Assembly: GCA_038249055.1 (NCBI GenBank)
Contig: JBBRWS010000005.1
Span: forward strand, 1,822 to 65,821
DNA from: Minisyncoccia bacterium
GTDB taxonomy: Bacteria > Patescibacteriota > Minisyncoccia > Phycocordibacterales > UBA9973
DNA: 64,000 nucleotides
Reading direction: 5' to 3'
In this document: piece after piece, positions 6,943-16,393 of the stretch
How the letters are laid out: each line of letters starts with the position of its first letter
How positions within the stretch are numbered: position 1 is the first letter of the stretch
Made by a program: the position numbers and the translations under genes
Notes under the pieces: model-generated
Database searches by the model: none
Told to the model about the DNA's origin: nothing
Seen by the model: the letters and a program-made list of their open reading frames with translations, nothing else

Positions 6943-9522
6943 AGAAAAAACACAAAAAAAGATTTTATTAAAAAGATTATTTCAATTGTCCGTGGTCTTC
7001 CTCTTTTTATTATAAAAACAACAAAAAAACACTTTAAAAAGGGAACTTTTAAAAATATTATTTTAATTATTTTGGGGCTTGGTCTTGTTTTTACTGGTAT
7101 TTTAATGGTTTGGATTAGTACATTACAAATTCCGGATTTTAAATATTTTAACGAAAGAAGGATTCAAAGTTCAACAAAAATATACGACAGGACTGGAACA
7201 ATACTACTTTATGATGTTCATCAAAACATCAAAAGAACTGTTATTCCTTATGAACAAATAGGAGCAAGTATTTTAAATGCAACAGTCGCGATTGAAGATT
7301 CTGAATTTTACAAACATAATGGTATTCGTATTTCTTCTATAATTAGAGCAACCTTTTGGGCCAAACTAACAGGTAAAAAAGTTCAAGGTGGTTCAACTAT
7401 CACACAGCAATTAATTAAAAATACACTTCTTACTCCGGAGGTATCTCTTTCTCGTAAAATAAAAGAATGGATTTTAGCCGTAAAACTTGAAAAAGTAATG
7501 GGTAAAGATGAAATTTTAACTCTTTATCTTAATGAAGCTCCTTATGGTGGAAATATTTATGGAATAGAAGAAGCAACAAAAGCTTTTTTTGGTAAGACTC
7601 CAAAAGAAATAACTTTAGCAGAGGCTGCTTATTTAGCTGCTATTCCAAATGGTCCAACTTATTATTCTCCTTATCGTAAAAATAAAGACAAACTTGATGA
7701 GCGCAAAAATTTAGTATTAAGAAGAATGCTTGAATTAAATTTTATAAATGAGAGTGATTATAATAATGCCAAAGCTGAAGTAGTAACATTTTTACCAGAA
7801 CAACCTATGCATATTGCAGCTCCTCATTTTGTGTTTTACATAAAGGAATATTTAGAAAATAAATATGGTGTTGATATGGTTGAAGGAGGTGGATTAAAAG
7901 TAATAACTACATTAGATTACGACCTTCAAAAAAAAACTGAGGAAATAGCGGAACAAAAAGCAAAAGAAAACGAAAAAAATTGGGATGGTAAAAATGCGGC
8001 CGTAGTTGTAATAGATCCTAAAACAGGACAAATACTTTCCATGGTTGGTTCTCGAGATTATTTTGATACAACTACAGATGGAAATTTTAATGTGGCAACA
8101 GCGGCAAGACAGCCGGGTTCTTCTTTTAAACCAATTATTTATTCCTTGGCTTTTGAAAAAGGTTACACAGAAAAAACAACATTATTTGATGTTAAAACAG
8201 AATTTAATTCTTCTTGTAACCCATCAGCTTCTTCTACTTCTCAAACATGTTATTCACCAGATAATTATGATAATGCTTTTCGTGGTCCATTAACACTTAG
8301 AGAAGGACTTGCTCAGTCTATCAACATTATTGCTGTAAAGCTTTTATATTTAGTTGGTGTATCAGATTCTATTAAACTAGCACACAATTTAGGTGTTAGT
8401 ACCTTAAAAAATGACCCAAATCAATATGGTTTGACTTTAGTTATTGGAGGTGGAGAAACTACCCTTCTTGATATGACTTCTGTTTATGGTGTTTTTGCTA
8501 ATAATGGAATAAAAAATCCTACCCAGGGTATTTTGTCTGTTGAAGATGGTCTTAATAATATTTTAGAAAAATATGAAAGTAAACCACAACAAATACTACA
8601 ACCAAACACTACGCATATTTTATCTAGTATTTTATCAGATGATATAGCAAGAACTCCTACTTTTGGAGCAAATTCTATTTTAAATATTCCAGGAAGAGAA
8701 GTAGCTGTTAAAACTGGTACTACAAACAACAACAAGGATGCTTGGACTATTGGATATACGCCCTCTGTTGCTGTCGGTGTTTGGGTTGGTAACAATGACA
8801 ACAAACCAATGAAAAAAGGTGGTGCTGCCCTTGCTGGGCCCATCTGGAATGCTGTAATGAGAGAGTCTCTTAAAAATTTACCAGTGGAGTCTTTTGAAAA
8901 ACCAAACGAAACAGACAAATCAATTCCTCCTATTCTTCGTGGTTTTTGGCAAGGAGGAGAAACCTTTACTATGGACTCTGTATTTGGAGGGTTAGCAACT
9001 GAATACACCCCAGAAGCACTAAAGAAAGAAATATCTATAACTAATGTTCATACTATTTTATATTGGATAGATAAGAAAAATCCTCTTCAGCCTTTTATTT
9101 CACCTCAATTAAATGATTCACAATATGAAAATTGGGAATATGGTGTTCAAAAATGGTGGGAGGTTAATAGTTATAAATATAAAATAGTAACATTGCTTGA
9201 TAAACCAACCACATACGACACAATTCACACAGATGAACAAAAACCTATTTTAGAAATAAATGGAATTGAAAATAAAATATATAAAAATGATGAAAATATT
9301 ACAATTTCAATAAATTCAAAAAATATAAACCCTCTTGTAAAAGTAGATGTTTTTATAAATAATATATATTTAACATCATTAAAAACAACTCCTTTTTCTA
9401 CATCTTTTATACCAAATGACATTAATGGTATTTCAAATTTAAATATTATTCGTGTTATGGGTGTTGATACCTTAGGAAACAAAGGGGAGCAAAGTATTTC
9501 TTTTAAAACAGAAAATATATAA
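6940..9522 (+). CDS. mrcA: Class A penicillin-binding protein (bifunctional glycosyltransferase/transpeptidase, PBP1A-like) with C-terminal extension
   Basis: 860 aa; N-terminal TM; GT51 motifs (EDSEFYKHNG, GGSTITQQL); transpeptidase motifs SSFK, SxN-like, KTGTT. Confidence 0.88.
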   Translation: MRKNTKKDFIKKIISIVRGLPLFIIKTTKKHFKKGTFKNIILIILGLGLVFTGILMVWISTLQIPDFKYFNERRIQSSTKIYDRTGTILLYDVHQNIKRTVIPYEQIGASILNATVAIEDSEFYKHNGIRISSIIRATFWAKLTGKKVQGGSTITQQLIKNTLLTPEVSLSRKIKEWILAVKLEKVMGKDEILTLYLNEAPYGGNIYGIEEATKAFFGKTPKEITLAEAAYLAAIPNGPTYYSPYRKNKDKLDERKNLVLRRMLELNFINESDYNNAKAEVVTFLPEQPMHIAAPHFVFYIKEYLENKYGVDMVEGGGLKVITTLDYDLQKKTEEIAEQKAKENEKNWDGKNAAVVVIDPKTGQILSMVGSRDYFDTTTDGNFNVATAARQPGSSFKPIIYSLAFEKGYTEKTTLFDVKTEFNSSCNPSASSTSQTCYSPDNYDNAFRGPLTLREGLAQSINIIAVKLLYLVGVSDSIKLAHNLGVSTLKNDPNQYGLTLVIGGGETTLLDMTSVYGVFANNGIKNPTQGILSVEDGLNNILEKYESKPQQILQPNTTHILSSILSDDIARTPTFGANSILNIPGREVAVKTGTTNNNKDAWTIGYTPSVAVGVWVGNNDNKPMKKGGAALAGPIWNAVMRESLKNLPVESFEKPNETDKSIPPILRGFWQGGETFTMDSVFGGLATEYTPEALKKEISITNVHTILYWIDKKNPLQPFISPQLNDSQYENWEYGVQKWWEVNSYKYKIVTLLDKPTTYDTIHTDEQKPILEINGIENKIYKNDENITISINSKNINPLVKVDVFINNIYLTSLKTTPFSTSFIPNDINGISNLNIIRVMGVDTLGNKGEQSISFKTENI

Positions 9523-9524
9523 AC

Positions 9525-9788
9525 TTATTTAATATCTAAAAAATGGGTGTCGGGTATTAAACTTTCTAATTTTATTAAAATTTGTTTTTTATAAATAAGA
9601 ACCTCACTACGTAAGATGGGGGAACCTTGTATATAAATATAACCTCCTTTTATTTTAATTGCGTCTTTTTCTATTTTATAAGAAATTTGTTCAGATATTA
9701 TTTTAACAACAAGTTCCTTTAATTCTTCTTTTTGATAAATTAGTTGTTTAAATTTATCTAAAAAATTTTTTATGTGATTATAGTCCAT
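9525..9788 (-). CDS. Small DUF721/DciA-like protein (hypothetical)
   Basis: 87 aa, basic; sits next to dnaN, where DUF721/DciA-type genes are commonly found; weak sequence signal only. Confidence 0.3.
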   Translation of the reverse strand: MDYNHIKNFLDKFKQLIYQKEELKELVVKIISEQISYKIEKDAIKIKGGYIYIQGSPILRSEVLIYKKQILIKLESLIPDTHFLDIK

Positions 9789-9830
9789 ATTTTTTAATTA
9801 TTAATTACTAATTAGTAATTAATAATTGTT

Positions 9831-10928
9831 CTACTTATTCATTGGCATAACTAAATACATAAAAGAAGGATCTCCTACTCCTTTAATAATCATTGGTTTA
9901 TTACTTCCATCCAGCTCAATACTTAAACTGTCTCCGGAAATAGATTGAAAGCAGTCTAATATATATTTATAATTAAAATTAGCAGAAACACTGTCTCCTG
10001 ATAATGCTCCAGATATTTGAGTTGTATTTTCTCCTACATCAATATTTTTTGATTCTATTTCAAATACTTTATCATTTGGTTTAATGGTTAAAATAATTTG
10101 ATTATATTTACCCGAAAAAATATTAGATATTTTTAAAGATGAAATAAAGTCTTGTTTTAAAACAATAGCTTGAGTTGTTGGATTTTTAGGAATAATTTGT
10201 TTATAGTCTGGAAAACTTCCATCCACAATGCGTGAGGTTAAATAAATGTTTTCTACAGAAAAAGATATTTGGTTTTTTTGAAGTGTAACTTTAATATCAT
10301 CCTCTATTCCATCAAAAACTTTTATTATTTCAACCACGTTTTTATAAGGTATTAATATACCAGAAAAAGATAGTTTTTGTTTTATTTTTATTTTCTTTTC
10401 TGCTAAACGGAAAGAATCAGTTGAAACAAAAACCAACATATCATCTTCTGGATAAATATAAACACTTCCTATTTCTGGTTTTATTTCTGAAATAGAAGCA
10501 CTATAATAAACTGATTTAATGCCGTCAATAAATTTTTTTGTTTGGATTAAAAAACTTTCTCCCTCCACTATTGGTATAGTTGGAAAGTCTTCATGTGAAA
10601 TACTTTTCAATAAAATTGTACTTGTTTTTGTTTTAACTAATAAGTTTCCATTTATTAATTCAAAACTAACCATTAAGTCTCCTTGTAAAATAGAAAACAA
10701 AGAAGATAAAATATCTCCACGAACAGCAACAACTCCTTCTTTTTCTATTTTAGCAGGAATTTCAATCTCTATTCCTATATTTAAATTTGTAGCCCTAAGT
10801 TTTAATGTTTTACCGGTAGCAACCCATAAAACAGAACCGAGAACAGGGAGTGTTAAATTTTTACCTGTTATTCTTTCTACTGAAACTAATGCTTTTTTAA
10901 TTCTATCTATTGAACATTCTATTTTCAT
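9831..10928 (-). CDS. dnaN: DNA polymerase III beta sliding clamp
   Basis: 365 aa; three-domain clamp-like pattern; immediately downstream of dnaA on the same strand. Confidence 0.9.
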   Translation of the reverse strand: MKIECSIDRIKKALVSVERITGKNLTLPVLGSVLWVATGKTLKLRATNLNIGIEIEIPAKIEKEGVVAVRGDILSSLFSILQGDLMVSFELINGNLLVKTKTSTILLKSISHEDFPTIPIVEGESFLIQTKKFIDGIKSVYYSASISEIKPEIGSVYIYPEDDMLVFVSTDSFRLAEKKIKIKQKLSFSGILIPYKNVVEIIKVFDGIEDDIKVTLQKNQISFSVENIYLTSRIVDGSFPDYKQIIPKNPTTQAIVLKQDFISSLKISNIFSGKYNQIILTIKPNDKVFEIESKNIDVGENTTQISGALSGDSVSANFNYKYILDCFQSISGDSLSIELDGSNKPMIIKGVGDPSFMYLVMPMNK

Positions 10929-11180
10929 AATATTTTTTTTATTAAATGACTAATTGTAATCTACTATTGTTTATAACTTATATATTAATACTTACTATTA
11001 CTATTATAGGTGTGAATATGTGAATTACTAATAAACACAATAAAACTAAACCTTTTTTTATAATTATTAATTTAATTATAATTATAACTTGTTGATTATT
11101 TTTTCTTTTTTAAATTAACAACTATTTTTCCACATTTTTAATTTCTTTAAACACAACTTTTCCACAGACTTATTAGTTTT
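10929..11180. other. oriC segment 1 (dnaA-dnaN intergenic): AT-rich with DnaA-box-like 9-mers (TTTTCCACA x2; TGTGAATAT)
   Basis: 252-nt, about 15% GC, noncoding region between dnaA and dnaN containing 8/9 matches to TTATCCACA. Confidence 0.6.
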
Positions 11181-12554
11181 TTATTTAAACATAATTCTAA
11201 TCTTTTCTATTTCTTGTAATAAAGATGGATCTGTTTTTAAATCCACCTTTATTTTTAAATGAGAGTGGATTACGGTTGTGTGGTCTCTATCCCCTAATTT
11301 TTGACCTATTAATGGATATGAAATATTAAAATCTTCACGAAGTAAATACATTGCAACTTGCCTAGCTCTAACAATTTCTTTTCTTCTTGTTTTTTCATAA
11401 ATAACTTCTTCCGCAAGGCCGTAATGGTCTGCTACAATTTTAACAATATCTTTAATAGCAACAGTTTTTTTAGGTCTAATGTTGTTTTTTATAAGTGTTT
11501 TAACTTCAGATAAAGTTAATGCTCTATTTTTTAATTGAGACTGACAAATAACAGTATTTAAACTACCCTCAAGTTCTCTTATGTTCCCTTCTAGTGATTC
11601 TGCTAAAGAAGAAACTATTTCTGGTTCAATTATACAATTAGTAGATTCAAATTTTGCTTTTATTATAGCAACACGAGATTCATAATCTGGTTCAACTATT
11701 TGAACCGTCATACCAGAAGCAAAACGAGACTGTAATCTGTCCTCAAGTCCTTGAATAAAATTTGGGTGCTTATCAGAAGAAAAAATTATTTGTTTATTGT
11801 TTTCATATAAGGTATTAAAAAGATGAAATAGCTCTTCTTGTGTTTTGTCTTTTCCAGAGATAAATTGAATATCGTCCATTATAATTACATCATATTTTCT
11901 ATATTTTTCTTTAAATGAATTAGGGTTTTTATTTTGAATAGAATTTATATAATCGATAGTAAACCGCTCTAAAGAAACATAATAAACCTTTTTTAAAGGG
12001 TGGTTTATTTTAATAGTATTACCTATTGCTTGAATCATGTGTGTTTTACCCAACCCTGTTCCCCCATAAACAAAAAAAGGATTATAGTTTTGACCAGGGT
12101 TTGTTATTATTGCTTGAGCAACAGCATAAGCAAGCTCATTAAAAGGGCCAACAATAAAAGAATTAAAATTATATTTGGGGTTTAAATTATCTTCTTTGTT
12201 TATATATAAATCATTTAAAGGAAGTTCTTTGTTTATGTTTACGGGTGTTTTTATTATAACCCGATCATTATTTTTAATTTCTTGATCATATTTTGATTCT
12301 TGTTTGTGTATAAAATATTCAACACCACGAATACTATCTTCGTTACCAATAAGAGTTTTTAGAATAAGTTTATGAAATTTATTATAAAGCCAATCTTTAA
12401 CAAATTCATTTGGAACTCCTACGTGAATAACACCTGCATCTTCCTTTATTATATAGGTATTTTTGAACCAAGTTGTAAAATTAGCTTTTGAAATACTTAA
12501 TTCAATTTCTAATAGGCACTTGTTCCAGAGTTCTTTTGTTTCCATAGGGCCCAT
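11181..12554 (-). CDS. dnaA: Chromosomal replication initiator DnaA
   Basis: 457 aa; AAA+ Walker A GGTGLGKTH, Walker B, C-terminal DnaA-box-binding helix-turn-helix. Confidence 0.95.
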   Translation of the reverse strand: MGPMETKELWNKCLLEIELSISKANFTTWFKNTYIIKEDAGVIHVGVPNEFVKDWLYNKFHKLILKTLIGNEDSIRGVEYFIHKQESKYDQEIKNNDRVIIKTPVNINKELPLNDLYINKEDNLNPKYNFNSFIVGPFNELAYAVAQAIITNPGQNYNPFFVYGGTGLGKTHMIQAIGNTIKINHPLKKVYYVSLERFTIDYINSIQNKNPNSFKEKYRKYDVIIMDDIQFISGKDKTQEELFHLFNTLYENNKQIIFSSDKHPNFIQGLEDRLQSRFASGMTVQIVEPDYESRVAIIKAKFESTNCIIEPEIVSSLAESLEGNIRELEGSLNTVICQSQLKNRALTLSEVKTLIKNNIRPKKTVAIKDIVKIVADHYGLAEEVIYEKTRRKEIVRARQVAMYLLREDFNISYPLIGQKLGDRDHTTVIHSHLKIKVDLKTDPSLLQEIEKIRIMFK

Positions 12555-12672
12555 TATACATTGTTTTTGGGTTCTTCAATAATAAAATACCTTAATTAAC
12601 ATGTTGATATCATGTGGATATGTTTTTGTTTTTATGTTGCAATATTGAGTAATATAGTATATATTATCCAAT
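12555..12672. other. oriC segment 2 (dnaA-rpmH intergenic) with DnaA-box-like TGTGGATAT and TTATCCAAT
   Basis: Divergent dnaA/rpmH arrangement; AT-rich; two near-consensus DnaA boxes. Confidence 0.6.
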
Positions 12673-12813
12673 ATGTCTCAAACGTACCAACCAAATAAAA
12701 GAAAAAGAGCAAAAACACATGGCTTTCTTGTTCGAGCTAAAACACCAAACGGCAGAAAAGTAAACACTGCACGACGCCAAAAAGGTAGAGCAAACGTATC
12801 AATAAAGAAATAA
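12673..12813 (+). CDS. rpmH: 50S ribosomal protein L34
   Basis: 46-aa [49 protein letters not shown]; below the ORF-track length cutoff; canonical position before rnpA. Confidence 0.9.
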   Translation: MSQTYQPNKRKRAKTHGFLVRAKTPNGRKVNTARRQKGRANVSIKK

Positions 12814-12815
12814 AT

Positions 12816-13136
12816 ATGCTTCCAAAAAAAAAGCGGGTAACAAAAGGGGTTTTTCAAGTCCTATTAAAGGAAGGAAAAACTTTTTCTACCAAGCTTTTTT
12901 TGTTGTATTTTATAAAAAATGAAACCCCTCAATATGCGGTAGTTGCACCCAAAGGGGTGTTTAAAAGTGCAGTAAAAAGAAATAAATTTAGAAGAATTGG
13001 TTATAATATTCTTCGTTCCCTTCCAATAAAGTCAGGTATTGGGGTATTTATGTATAAAAAACAAGCAATTACAGCTGAAAACCTAGAAATAAAGGAAAAT
13101 ATTATATCTTTATTAAAAAAAATAAATATTATTTAA
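12816..13136 (+). CDS. rnpA: RNase P protein component
   Basis: 106 aa basic protein right after rpmH; RnpA-like KKRVTKG...FRRIGY motif region. Confidence 0.8.
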   Translation: MLPKKKRVTKGVFQVLLKEGKTFSTKLFLLYFIKNETPQYAVVAPKGVFKSAVKRNKFRRIGYNILRSLPIKSGIGVFMYKKQAITAENLEIKENIISLLKKINII

Positions 13137-13343
13137 ATGACTAAAATTATTGTTTGGTTAATAAATGTTTATCAAAAAACACCATTAAGGTCTCATTCAT
13201 CCTGTGTTTTTTTGCCAACGTGTTCAGAGTATACAAAACAATCTGTATTAAAATACGGGGCTTTTATGGGCATTACAAGAGGTTTTATAAGGATATTACG
13301 CTGTCATCCTTGGCAAAAGAACCACTATGATCCGGTTAAATAA
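13137..13343 (+). CDS. yidD: Membrane protein insertion efficiency factor YidD
   Basis: 68 aa; conserved C..PTCSEY motif (SCVFLPTCSEYT). Confidence 0.85.
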   Translation: MTKIIVWLINVYQKTPLRSHSSCVFLPTCSEYTKQSVLKYGAFMGITRGFIRILRCHPWQKNHYDPVK

Positions 13344-13437
13344 TTAAGAATTAATAATTAATAATTACGAACTGGAAACAACAAAGGAATAATCACAATC
13401 CTTTCTACTTTTTAACTTCTTATGATACAATAGACGA

Positions 13438-14178
13438 ATGTCAGAACTATGGAATACTGCATTTTACGAGCCAATATATAACATACTTATCTTTATAATT
13501 AACAACGTCACCTTTGGCGATGTTGGTTTTGCTGTTATTTTAGTGACTATTATTGTTAAATTAATACTCTCCCCTCTTACAAAAAAATCTATAAAAAGTC
13601 AGATTCTTATGAAGAGAATGGAGCCTGAAATAAAACAGATTAAAAAAGATTATCCAAACAAAGAAGAACAAGCCAAGCAAACATTTTTATTGTATAAAAA
13701 ATACGGGACAAACCCTTTTTCTGGTTGTTTAGTAATAATTCTTCAGCTACCAATTATTTTTGCTTTGTATTATGTTTTTTATAACGGTCTTTCTATTGAT
13801 GCCACTAAAATATATTCATTTATTCAAATACCCACTAACCTCTATACAAACTTTTTGGGCTTATTGGAAATGGGACAGAAAAGTATCTTTTTAGGATTAT
13901 TGGCTGGAGTAACACAATTTATACAAGGATATCTTGCAATCCCAATAAAAGCGAAGGTTGAAATTGTAACGGGTGCTGATTTAAATACTCCAAAAACTTT
14001 TCAAGAACAACTTTCAGATAGTATGCAAATGAACGTAAAATATATACTCCCTGTGTTTATAGCCTTTATAGCTTGGAAGATTTCTGCAGCAGTAGCATTG
14101 TATTGGGTTACAAGTAACATTTTTACAATTGTTCAAGAATGGTATATTCGAAGACAATTAGAAAAGAATTCAATATAA
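13438..14178 (+). CDS. yidC: Membrane protein insertase YidC (short form)
   Basis: 246 aa; 5 predicted TMs; YidC/Oxa1 core; position after rnpA-yidD. Confidence 0.85.
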   Translation: MSELWNTAFYEPIYNILIFIINNVTFGDVGFAVILVTIIVKLILSPLTKKSIKSQILMKRMEPEIKQIKKDYPNKEEQAKQTFLLYKKYGTNPFSGCLVIILQLPIIFALYYVFYNGLSIDATKIYSFIQIPTNLYTNFLGLLEMGQKSIFLGLLAGVTQFIQGYLAIPIKAKVEIVTGADLNTPKTFQEQLSDSMQMNVKYILPVFIAFIAWKISAAVALYWVTSNIFTIVQEWYIRRQLEKNSI

Positions 14179-14189
14179 ATATTTATTTA

Positions 14190-14292
14190 TCCCGATAGAA
14201 ATTTAACAAACAAACAAAACATGGTAAGTTTTAAAGGGATAAAAATAAAGTAAGTCCAAACCATTAGCAACTAATAAATTTCACACGGGATG
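14190..14292 (+). promoter_or_regulatory. Degenerate instance 5 of the 5'-leader inverted-repeat element (TCCCGATAGAAAT ... ATTTCACACGGG abutting the jag ATG)
   Basis: Outer 5 bp of each arm complementary (TCCCG/CGGGA, GAAAT/ATTTC); weaker than the other instances. Confidence 0.25.
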
Positions 14293-14763
14293 TATAAAAA
14301 TAAAATAAAAGAAACAGTTGAAGAAATTTTTAAACACACAGCATGTACTATTACTAAGTGTGAGTTTTCTGAAGAAAGCGGAATGCTTTGGTGTATGATA
14401 GAAACACCAGATTCAAGTTATATGATTGGAAGAGAAGGAGAAACACTTCGTTCTTTAAATCACGTCGTTCAAAAAATAGTAGAGAAAGATGTAATAAAAA
14501 CAGAGGAAAAAGGGCCAAGTATTTTTATTGATATCAATGGCTATCAAAAAAAACGATTCGAAAATTTAAAAAACATAGCTCACATGATGGCTGAACGCGC
14601 AAGATATTTTAAGAGTAATATTGAAATTGATCCAATGCCAGCATTTGAAAGAAGAATAATACACATGTTTTTAGAAGGAATTAAAGATATAAAAACAGAG
14701 TCAGAAGGATATGGTCCAACAAGAAGAGTGGTTATTAAGTACATCGGTGATAGTAGTATGTAG
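14290..14763 (+). CDS. jag: Jag/KhpB-like RNA-binding protein (KH-like + R3H domains)
   Basis: 157 aa; R3H-like motif near the C-terminus; canonical position after yidC. Confidence 0.75.
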   Translation: MYKNKIKETVEEIFKHTACTITKCEFSEESGMLWCMIETPDSSYMIGREGETLRSLNHVVQKIVEKDVIKTEEKGPSIFIDINGYQKKRFENLKNIAHMMAERARYFKSNIEIDPMPAFERRIIHMFLEGIKDIKTESEGYGPTRRVVIKYIGDSSM

Positions 14764-14802
14764 TAAGTAGTAAGGAAAAAAATAAATTTAATAAATACAA
14801 AA

Positions 14803-14834
14803 CAAAAAACTTAGACATTGTCTAAGTTTTTTGT
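14803..14834. terminator. Bidirectional intrinsic terminator (CTTAGACA-TTG-TCTAAG + T-run)
   Basis: Sits between convergent jag (+) and 14879..16384 (-); A-run on one side and T-run on the other. Confidence 0.65.
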
Positions 14835-14878
14835 TTGATGCTACCCATACTACATATTACTTTCTACCTTATCCCCTA

Positions 14879-16384
14879 TTAATTTAGTTTCAAACTCCAC
14901 AAAGTGGAATCCTTTTTGTTTGTAAAGAATAATGTATTTTCTGATTTATCTAAAAACAAATTAGTACCGTCGACAGATTTTTCATCTGAAGAATTTGCGA
15001 GTGTTTCTACACTACCATCTACTGTGTTTATTTTTATAAAATAATCATCAAAAGAAATAAGCCCTTGATACCAATAATCAGGATATTGATTACCTTTGAT
15101 GACATTTGGTACAGCACAGTAAATATTAACATTATCAATACTCCAAACACATTTTTCTGGTAAACCAAAGGTTTTAAGATCTTTTGTTGTATTTTTTTCA
15201 ATATCAAAAATACCAAGCTTTGGTCCTTCTGTTGTTGATACACTGTATAAAACAATAGAACCACTTTTGTTAATTAAGGTTGTTAGTCCTTCAATTCCAC
15301 CAAATATTTTTGAAATTGTTTTATTTGTTGTATTTAAAATAAACATACTACCAGGAACACTATAAGACGGTTTTGTTGTTAGGTATATTCTTTGGCGATT
15401 ATCCCATTGCGACAACCACTCCGTAAAAGGAGAAGAGAAAACATTATCTTTTCTAGACTCCCCAAAAGTTCCAGTAGTACCAGTTACCCCGTTACTATTT
15501 TCTGTTAAATAAAAGAATTTAGTTTTATCAATCGATATACTTAAATCGGAAATATTTTGTGGTAAAAATTCTCCATTTGAAGTACTTAATGTTGCTAGAT
15601 AAGTGTTTATTAATTTTTCACTAGAAAGATATCTATAGATAACTGTTTGACCCGTTTTATCAAAAAATGCTTCATAAATACTAGGAATTGTTGAGTTTGA
15701 AATTTTTTCCTTTGTTTTTGTGTCTAAAAACATTTTATATATATGACCATTTAACCTTTCTACATATCTTATGGAAGGAGCTTCTTCATAAAGACTTTTT
15801 TCTAAAGAACTTCCATTGGGCTGTACTGTTTTTGTAAAAAAAGGAGCAGTTTCTGTGTCTATTTTACCTGTAATAGTTAAATTATTTAATTTTTGAAAAG
15901 CTTTTATTGCTTCTATTGCTTTTTTACCCAAAGCACCATCTACTACTAATGGTGGCACAAGCGACAATTTTTCATTTAAAATTATTTGGATTTCTTTTCT
16001 TCCTTCTTTTGTCAGTGGATTGATTACTATCTGAATAGGCTCAGGTTGAGCTTCAACTGCAGTGTTTGGGTTGATTTCTATTAACCTTGTATCTTCCATA
16101 AAGGTAGCACCAGCCACAGCAAAATCCGTTATTTGAGAGAATCTTGATATTTGTGGTGTACTTCCGTTTTGGCCAGGTTCTTGACCTCCTGTTGTACCTG
16201 ATGTGTTAACAGGTGGTTCTGTTTGCCCTCCTCCACCAAAAGGATAAAATGTTTGATACCAAGGAACATCAACTTTAGTTGTTCCATCAGTTGGAGTTTT
16301 TTTCCCTAATAAATAAAGTCCAAAAACCATCGCTCCAACGATTGCAAACACTGTTGTAAAAATAATGATTGTTTTTTTAGGCAT
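14879..16384 (-). CDS. Secreted/membrane-anchored protein with peptidoglycan-binding (PG_binding_1-like) domain; last gene of the T4SS-like cluster
   Basis: 501 aa; N-terminal TM; Gly/Thr-rich linker; motif LVVDGALGKKAIEAIKAFQKLNNLTITGKIDTET resembles the PG-binding domain. Confidence 0.5.
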   Translation of the reverse strand: MPKKTIIIFTTVFAIVGAMVFGLYLLGKKTPTDGTTKVDVPWYQTFYPFGGGGQTEPPVNTSGTTGGQEPGQNGSTPQISRFSQITDFAVAGATFMEDTRLIEINPNTAVEAQPEPIQIVINPLTKEGRKEIQIILNEKLSLVPPLVVDGALGKKAIEAIKAFQKLNNLTITGKIDTETAPFFTKTVQPNGSSLEKSLYEEAPSIRYVERLNGHIYKMFLDTKTKEKISNSTIPSIYEAFFDKTGQTVIYRYLSSEKLINTYLATLSTSNGEFLPQNISDLSISIDKTKFFYLTENSNGVTGTTGTFGESRKDNVFSSPFTEWLSQWDNRQRIYLTTKPSYSVPGSMFILNTTNKTISKIFGGIEGLTTLINKSGSIVLYSVSTTEGPKLGIFDIEKNTTKDLKTFGLPEKCVWSIDNVNIYCAVPNVIKGNQYPDYWYQGLISFDDYFIKINTVDGSVETLANSSDEKSVDGTNLFLDKSENTLFFTNKKDSTLWSLKLN

Positions 16385-16393
16385 AACTATTTT

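Noticed and set aside
9789-9830. 36-bp perfect AT palindrome AATTATTAATTACTAATT|AGTAATTAATAATT after dnaN (similar TTAATTATTAATTA-type palindromes recur at ~13350, ~21810, ~26770)
   Set aside because: All-AT palindromes of this type are frequent in this genome and best explained as weak terminators or compositional artefacts; not reported as a distinct element family.
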